Shown here piece after piece: positions 59,366 through 64,000 of a stretch of DNA of 64,000 bases (position 1 is the stretch's first letter; each line of letters starts with the position of its first letter). The stretch lies in the NCBI GenBank assembly GCA_964187785.1, contig OZ076414.1, positions 18,724,001 through 18,788,000 on the forward strand, read 5' to 3'. Source of the stretch: Amphiscolops sp. MND2022 (lineage: Eukaryota). The notes under the pieces were generated by a model that saw only the letters and a program-made list of their open reading frames with translations, had not been told where the DNA came from and made no database searches. Made by a program: the position numbers and the translations under genes.

Positions 59366-62017
59366 ATAGCATAATTTCATGCCGTTTCCATGCATGGAAC
59401 TGTATGGATTTTTTTATGCTTATGTAGTGTATGGAACTGCATGGAAGTCTTATGATCTCGAATTCACGAGACATAAAAATCACTTCGTTCTTGTTGACAC
59501 CCAACAATTCAGATTCGACACCCTTGTTATCCGGCATGTAGGTTCACAAACAAACAAACTGTCAAACAAAATATTTTCGCCTTCCTTAAAAAATTAAATG
59601 CTCAGTTGTATTGCTGATGGAAATGTGAACAAATTTTAAAAAATTGGAAGTTTCCTTTAAAACTAACTCCCTTAATTGAGTTTTGTTTGACATTTACAAC
59701 AAAATTGAGAAAAGGAAGAAAAGGAAGGAAGAACCGAATGCTAGATTAGATTCAAATAAACCAGATAAAAAGAACAATCACGATTTTCTCACCACATTTT
59801 TTTTCACACATTTTATATGCTATATAGCAGGGTTTAATACGTCATATGACTATACTAATATGTATTCTTCCTCTACTTTTTCAACGACAACCCCCAAACA
59901 CCCCCCCAAAAAAAACAATCCACTACTAATTAAACCCTTCCTCTGTTCCGTTCTTTCCCGTTCTCAACAGGATTGATCCCTCTTCTGTCTCGCACGTACC
60001 ATCGCATGCTAATCCCAGTGTAGAATTCGAGGAGAGGGTACAGTTTAATTGGATTTTAATGGATTTTTAATGGGCTTGACACTTTTTCCGGTTACTTCAC
60101 AACTCGCTCTTTTCCCTCTCTTCCTCTCCCCATTCTTTGTTCTGCTTCTTTTCCTACTTTATTCAATCCTCTGCTTTTTCTTCTACCCTTACTTCCTTTT
60201 CATACCAAGTTTGGTGGTGGGAATAGTCTGGTGGTGTACCAGAAGGAATATCCTTTTAATGATTTTTTGATTTATTTCTACTTTCTCATTCTGCTCGCGT
60301 TTTTCAAAGTTCTTTGTGTGACTCAAAAATACGTTACACAATTCATGTTGAAGATAATTTCTTATTGTGTTCAATTTCATTGAACTCGAGAAGTTGTTAA
60401 ACTTTATCGTTTAATCAGCAGCTTTTTGAGAGCTCCAAAAGTGCTGAATTGTTCAATTTTGTGGGAGTTTTAATTAAAGCCGAGCAAGTAAAGTCTTTCA
60501 ATACTTGCAACGGGCGAGGTTTTCTATTATTCTATAGTTTTCCAGATCGTATTATTTCAAGCTCCAAAAAACTAATGAAGAAACCATGTGGTTTCGAAAC
60601 CTGAAGTTGTTCGAGTTTATACCTTTGACTCTAGTCTCAAGAGGTTTAATGTTGCTCCTTCAGAGTTATACGAATTAGATACTTCGCGAATATGCCATCA
60701 CTGTACGATTTATAAGAGGAGTTGGATTTCAAGATATTCTGCGTCCGTTTCCCAAAGGGAAATTAGAAGGATTTGGAATCATGGAAGTTTTGATGAACTT
60801 TCTTCTAACATCGACAGTGATTTCGTCCTCAAATGAGGACAACGATTTTTTTCGCAATGAATAATAAATTACGACACGCAAAAAGCATAGAGGAAAACGA
60901 AAAATTGTCTTTCTTATCGACAATCTATTGGACTATCTGGTGTGAACTGTTATTTGTGTCAATTAAGACTTTTTTCCGGTCAAAAAAGTAACTGAAAAAA
61001 AATTGAAAAATTGCAAAAAAGTACATTTCAGAAAATTCGTTTTTTTTTCTCAAAAACTGAGCAACTGTTACTGCCCCACACTAGTAACACAGTTTGCCAC
61101 CGTTGAAAACTAATATAGAAGTTTTTTTCAATGAAGCTTCAGTTATGAGTTCAACCGATATTTGAAAGGCGCGGCGCAGCCGGGGTGGCGCACTCACCCC
61201 AACAAGTGACGCCAACTCGCGACCTAACTAGAGTGCAGTTGAAAGCATAGGTAAAAGGCTTTCCGGAACAGAAAACCGATTGGAGCTGCGGCTATTATTT
61301 GTGGAGAAATGAAGATTTGAAAAAAAATGCCAAAATTTTGTCAATTTTTCGTTTTCTCGGTGTACTGTCGAGGCTAAAATGCTCCTAGACTGTCCTTTTT
61401 TTCGCAGAGCATGAAAAGTATCCTTTGCAACGTTCTTCATTGAAGAGACATACTTAGCAACGGAAAATATTGGAAGGTTTCCGTGCCACGTTTTCATACA
61501 ACATACGAAGTCAAATCGTACAGTTAGAAGTTCTTTGAATGTCCAATTGGATATTGTACTTCTTTCAATGAACCCATGGCAGCAGTTTCATTACATTTAT
61601 CAACAGAAAAGAGGGTATTGGGAGCAGTGTATTAATAGCAATATCCTCTTTTCGACTGATAAAGGTGATAAACTTGCTGTCACGGGCTAATTGAAAAAGC
61701 TAACGCTTATCGAACATGATATCTTACGTTTGGACCTTTAATCAATTAATTTGGACCAATTGGGACCAGTTAATTAGTGTAATTAGAATTGAATGTTATT
61801 AAAAGTGTTATTAGAAGTGAATGCGTAATGAAAACTTGCAAATCATTTACAACAAAAAAGCTTCAAAAATACCACATCTTACAACTTTTTGACAATTCTG
61901 CTGGAAATACTCTGTCATTTTTGTGGTAAATGAATGCATTAACCATGATTCATTGATAGTTTCAATGCTTACTTCCTTTTACATCTCAGGCCCATTTAAG
62001 TTATCCATGCTTGTTTG

Positions 62018-62290
62018 ATGGACCCTATCTATGACTCATCATCCTGCAATACCCTCTCAATCCAAAACCAGTGCCCTTACGACGTTAGTTCCAATTCGCC
62101 GGTAGTTGTGAGTTCATCCTTTATAGTTCGCCAGAAGAGACTGATCCCAGCACAGCCTTTACCGAATGCCCGCAAGTTCCACTTCGCTCACCTGGGCTGG
62201 AAAAAGACCCATCTTGTGGCTCTGATTGGCTACTGTTTCTGCATCGCTCTTCTAATTGCGCAATGTTATGTACCCATTGTGTACTTCCAG
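62018..62290 (+). CDS. Candidate coding exon encoding a hydrophobic segment (HLVALIGYCFCIALLIAQCYVPIVYFQ); start may instead be the acceptor at 62128
   Basis: GC-rich block ending exactly at a strong donor CAG|GTAAGG; C/G-ending codons as in the BBE exons; ATG at 62018. Confidence 0.5.
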
Positions 62291-64000
62291 GTAAGGTTGC
62301 AATTTTCACTTTCAACTGCAATATTTCACTGCATTAGGACAGAAAAACATTTACTGGCTTTTACATGCTTTATACAGTTTTGGGGAAAATATAGGAAAAA
62401 CAGAGTTTGGTCGTCAATGTTAGTTGGGCTGCTATCAATTCGTAAGAACAGGTCCCAGCTTAGTGAGACATTATTTGATCTCTAACCTCAATATGAAACT
62501 TAGCCCAATCATTTGTTAAGGCAAAAACTAGAGTTTTAGGACGCTTTCAGTGAAGTCATGTACCATCGTTTCAGGGATCGTATGGTAATTTTTACTATGA
62601 CATAAAATGTTGAAAAAAAAGAAACCATAAAAATTGAAACTTTATTCACTTTGTCACTGCCAGGGCCAGGGCATCCAAAAAGTTGATGGAAAATTCTTTT
62701 TTACAATGTGTCACAACCCCACTGTTGTGCTGGTGCTATTGGGCAATTTTTTTAAAAAACTAGAAACTGCCAAACTCGATTCTCAGAAGAATAAGACCAT
62801 TACATGGTCAACAAGGCCTATAAACTAATTCCCCCAGCTTCCTAATTTGATCATTTAATTTCATATTTGTTAACCTATTTTCAAACTGGGTTCCCTTTTA
62901 TACTTGAAGCACCAGAACCGTAAACTTCATTCATTATTACATACAAATATGATTCATAATACTTGTTCACGGAGTTTGTGAGAGCTAATTTTATGGTATT
63001 ATGTGGAACTTTTGTAAATTATACGTCATCGTGTGGATTGACCACTGACGAGTATGTGGCATCATGAAGTTCATGATCTAACCTATATACGTCAACAAAA
63101 ATTTTTTGCAAAAGCGCCACTAGGCGGTTCGATGCTAAACGAGTATACGTCATTATACGTTTTTACTTGAAACATTTATGACTGATTCGGTGCTCAATAT
63201 TTATACGCTAAGAAATGATTGAAATGATGTTATACATCAACATACGTTATTTTGCAGGGTTCCTCCAAACCCTGTAATTATAATTTAGAAGTCATGCAAT
63301 ATTAATATGTGGGATATAATCAAAATGATGACATCTCGATGTAATCCTGTTCATATCTTTTTTAAACGATGATACCTTGTAAAAAGTATATCATGTTTTT
63401 GGTTTTGGGATCATCAGTGCAGTTGATAACCGAACATTTAAAAACAATCTTTGCTGCAACCTGTAGCGTCTCGAAAAGCATCTCAAACGCCTTGTAAATG
63501 ATATTTTTATTTGTTTCACTCCCAAATTTTGATTTGATATAATTTCACGAAGATGTTTAAATGTTTCGCTGCACTAAAACCTACTTTTCGCTTGAGCAAA
63601 GATGGGGCGATAAAAAACAGGAGGTCTAGAACGCTAGATAGCCGTACACCAGAATGAAGCAAGCAACATAGAAGTAGAAAATCCCAAACAAGAGCTTCTA
63701 CAGTAACGAATCCTAGATCTGATGTAAATGAAATGCAAAATACAAGGTCTTCGGCGTCCAGAACTGAGCAGTTTATAGGAGTTCACGCATCGGATAATGA
63801 AAACTCAGAATCAGAAGATGAAGATTATCTTGATTTTGTTTGGAAACTGTAGCCAAATAATCTTTCTTCAACATACATCTGTGTGAGAGTTTAAGGAAGT
63901 GTGTCTAATATGTTTCAGGTGAACAATCCCTCGTCTGGCACAAGTCAATCTTCTGTACCCCTCAAAAACACTAAAACACGCAATGATGCTCATAAACTGC

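Noticed and set aside
59337-59537. FERM-C-like LLGVNKNEVIF segment
   Set aside because: In-frame stop just upstream, no usable donor, and it merges with a MITE end.
60000-60900. Possible first exon (GCGATG|GTACGT donor) or MADF-like remnant on the minus strand
   Set aside because: No consistent frame links it to other exons; similarity too weak.
62121-62321. Minus-strand exon alternative, phase-compatible with 56036-56102
   Set aside because: Poor acceptor, and the GC-rich block matches the plus-strand exon boundaries instead.
63600-64000. Acidic SDNENSESEDEDY frame
   Set aside because: Bounded by stops and has no identifiable domain within the window.

Overview
AT-rich, repeat-dense eukaryotic DNA with GT-AG introns; no operons, CRISPR or intact RNA genes were seen. 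It looks like an invertebrate animal genome. The repeats resemble those I associate with acoel flatworm assemblies, but this is an unverified impression. One complete host gene can be reconstructed on the minus strand (17799-28242, 9 exons, all phases compatible, 1773 nt, 590 aa). It encodes a berberine-bridge-enzyme (BBE)-like FAD-linked oxidase with an N-terminal membrane anchor and both residues for bicovalent FAD attachment (RSGAH His156, GDCPDVG Cys214). This family is typical of plants, fungi and bacteria, so the gene is a candidate horizontally acquired and intronised gene. Two decayed Ty3/Gypsy LTR retrotransposons are present. The first is a 5.7-kb Mag-like element (11356-17102, minus) with a WLDD reverse-transcriptase motif. 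The second is a 15.8-kb element (39530-55361, plus) with a tandem pseudo-protease/protease, a dUTPase-like insert and about 5 kb of extra non-env coding sequence after integrase, including a possible SGNH-like domain. The rest is a mosaic of non-autonomous elements: HINE/Helentron-like repeats, CCC...GGG TIR elements with 2-bp TSDs, TA-flanked Tc1/mariner MITEs, hAT transposase fossils, a LINE 3' end, a putative solo LTR, a 162-bp loop-less palindrome and microsatellites. A few isolated exon candidates suggest further host genes (minus 36009-56102; plus about 62018-62290). All assignments were made by eye and need HMM/BLAST and RNA-seq confirmation.
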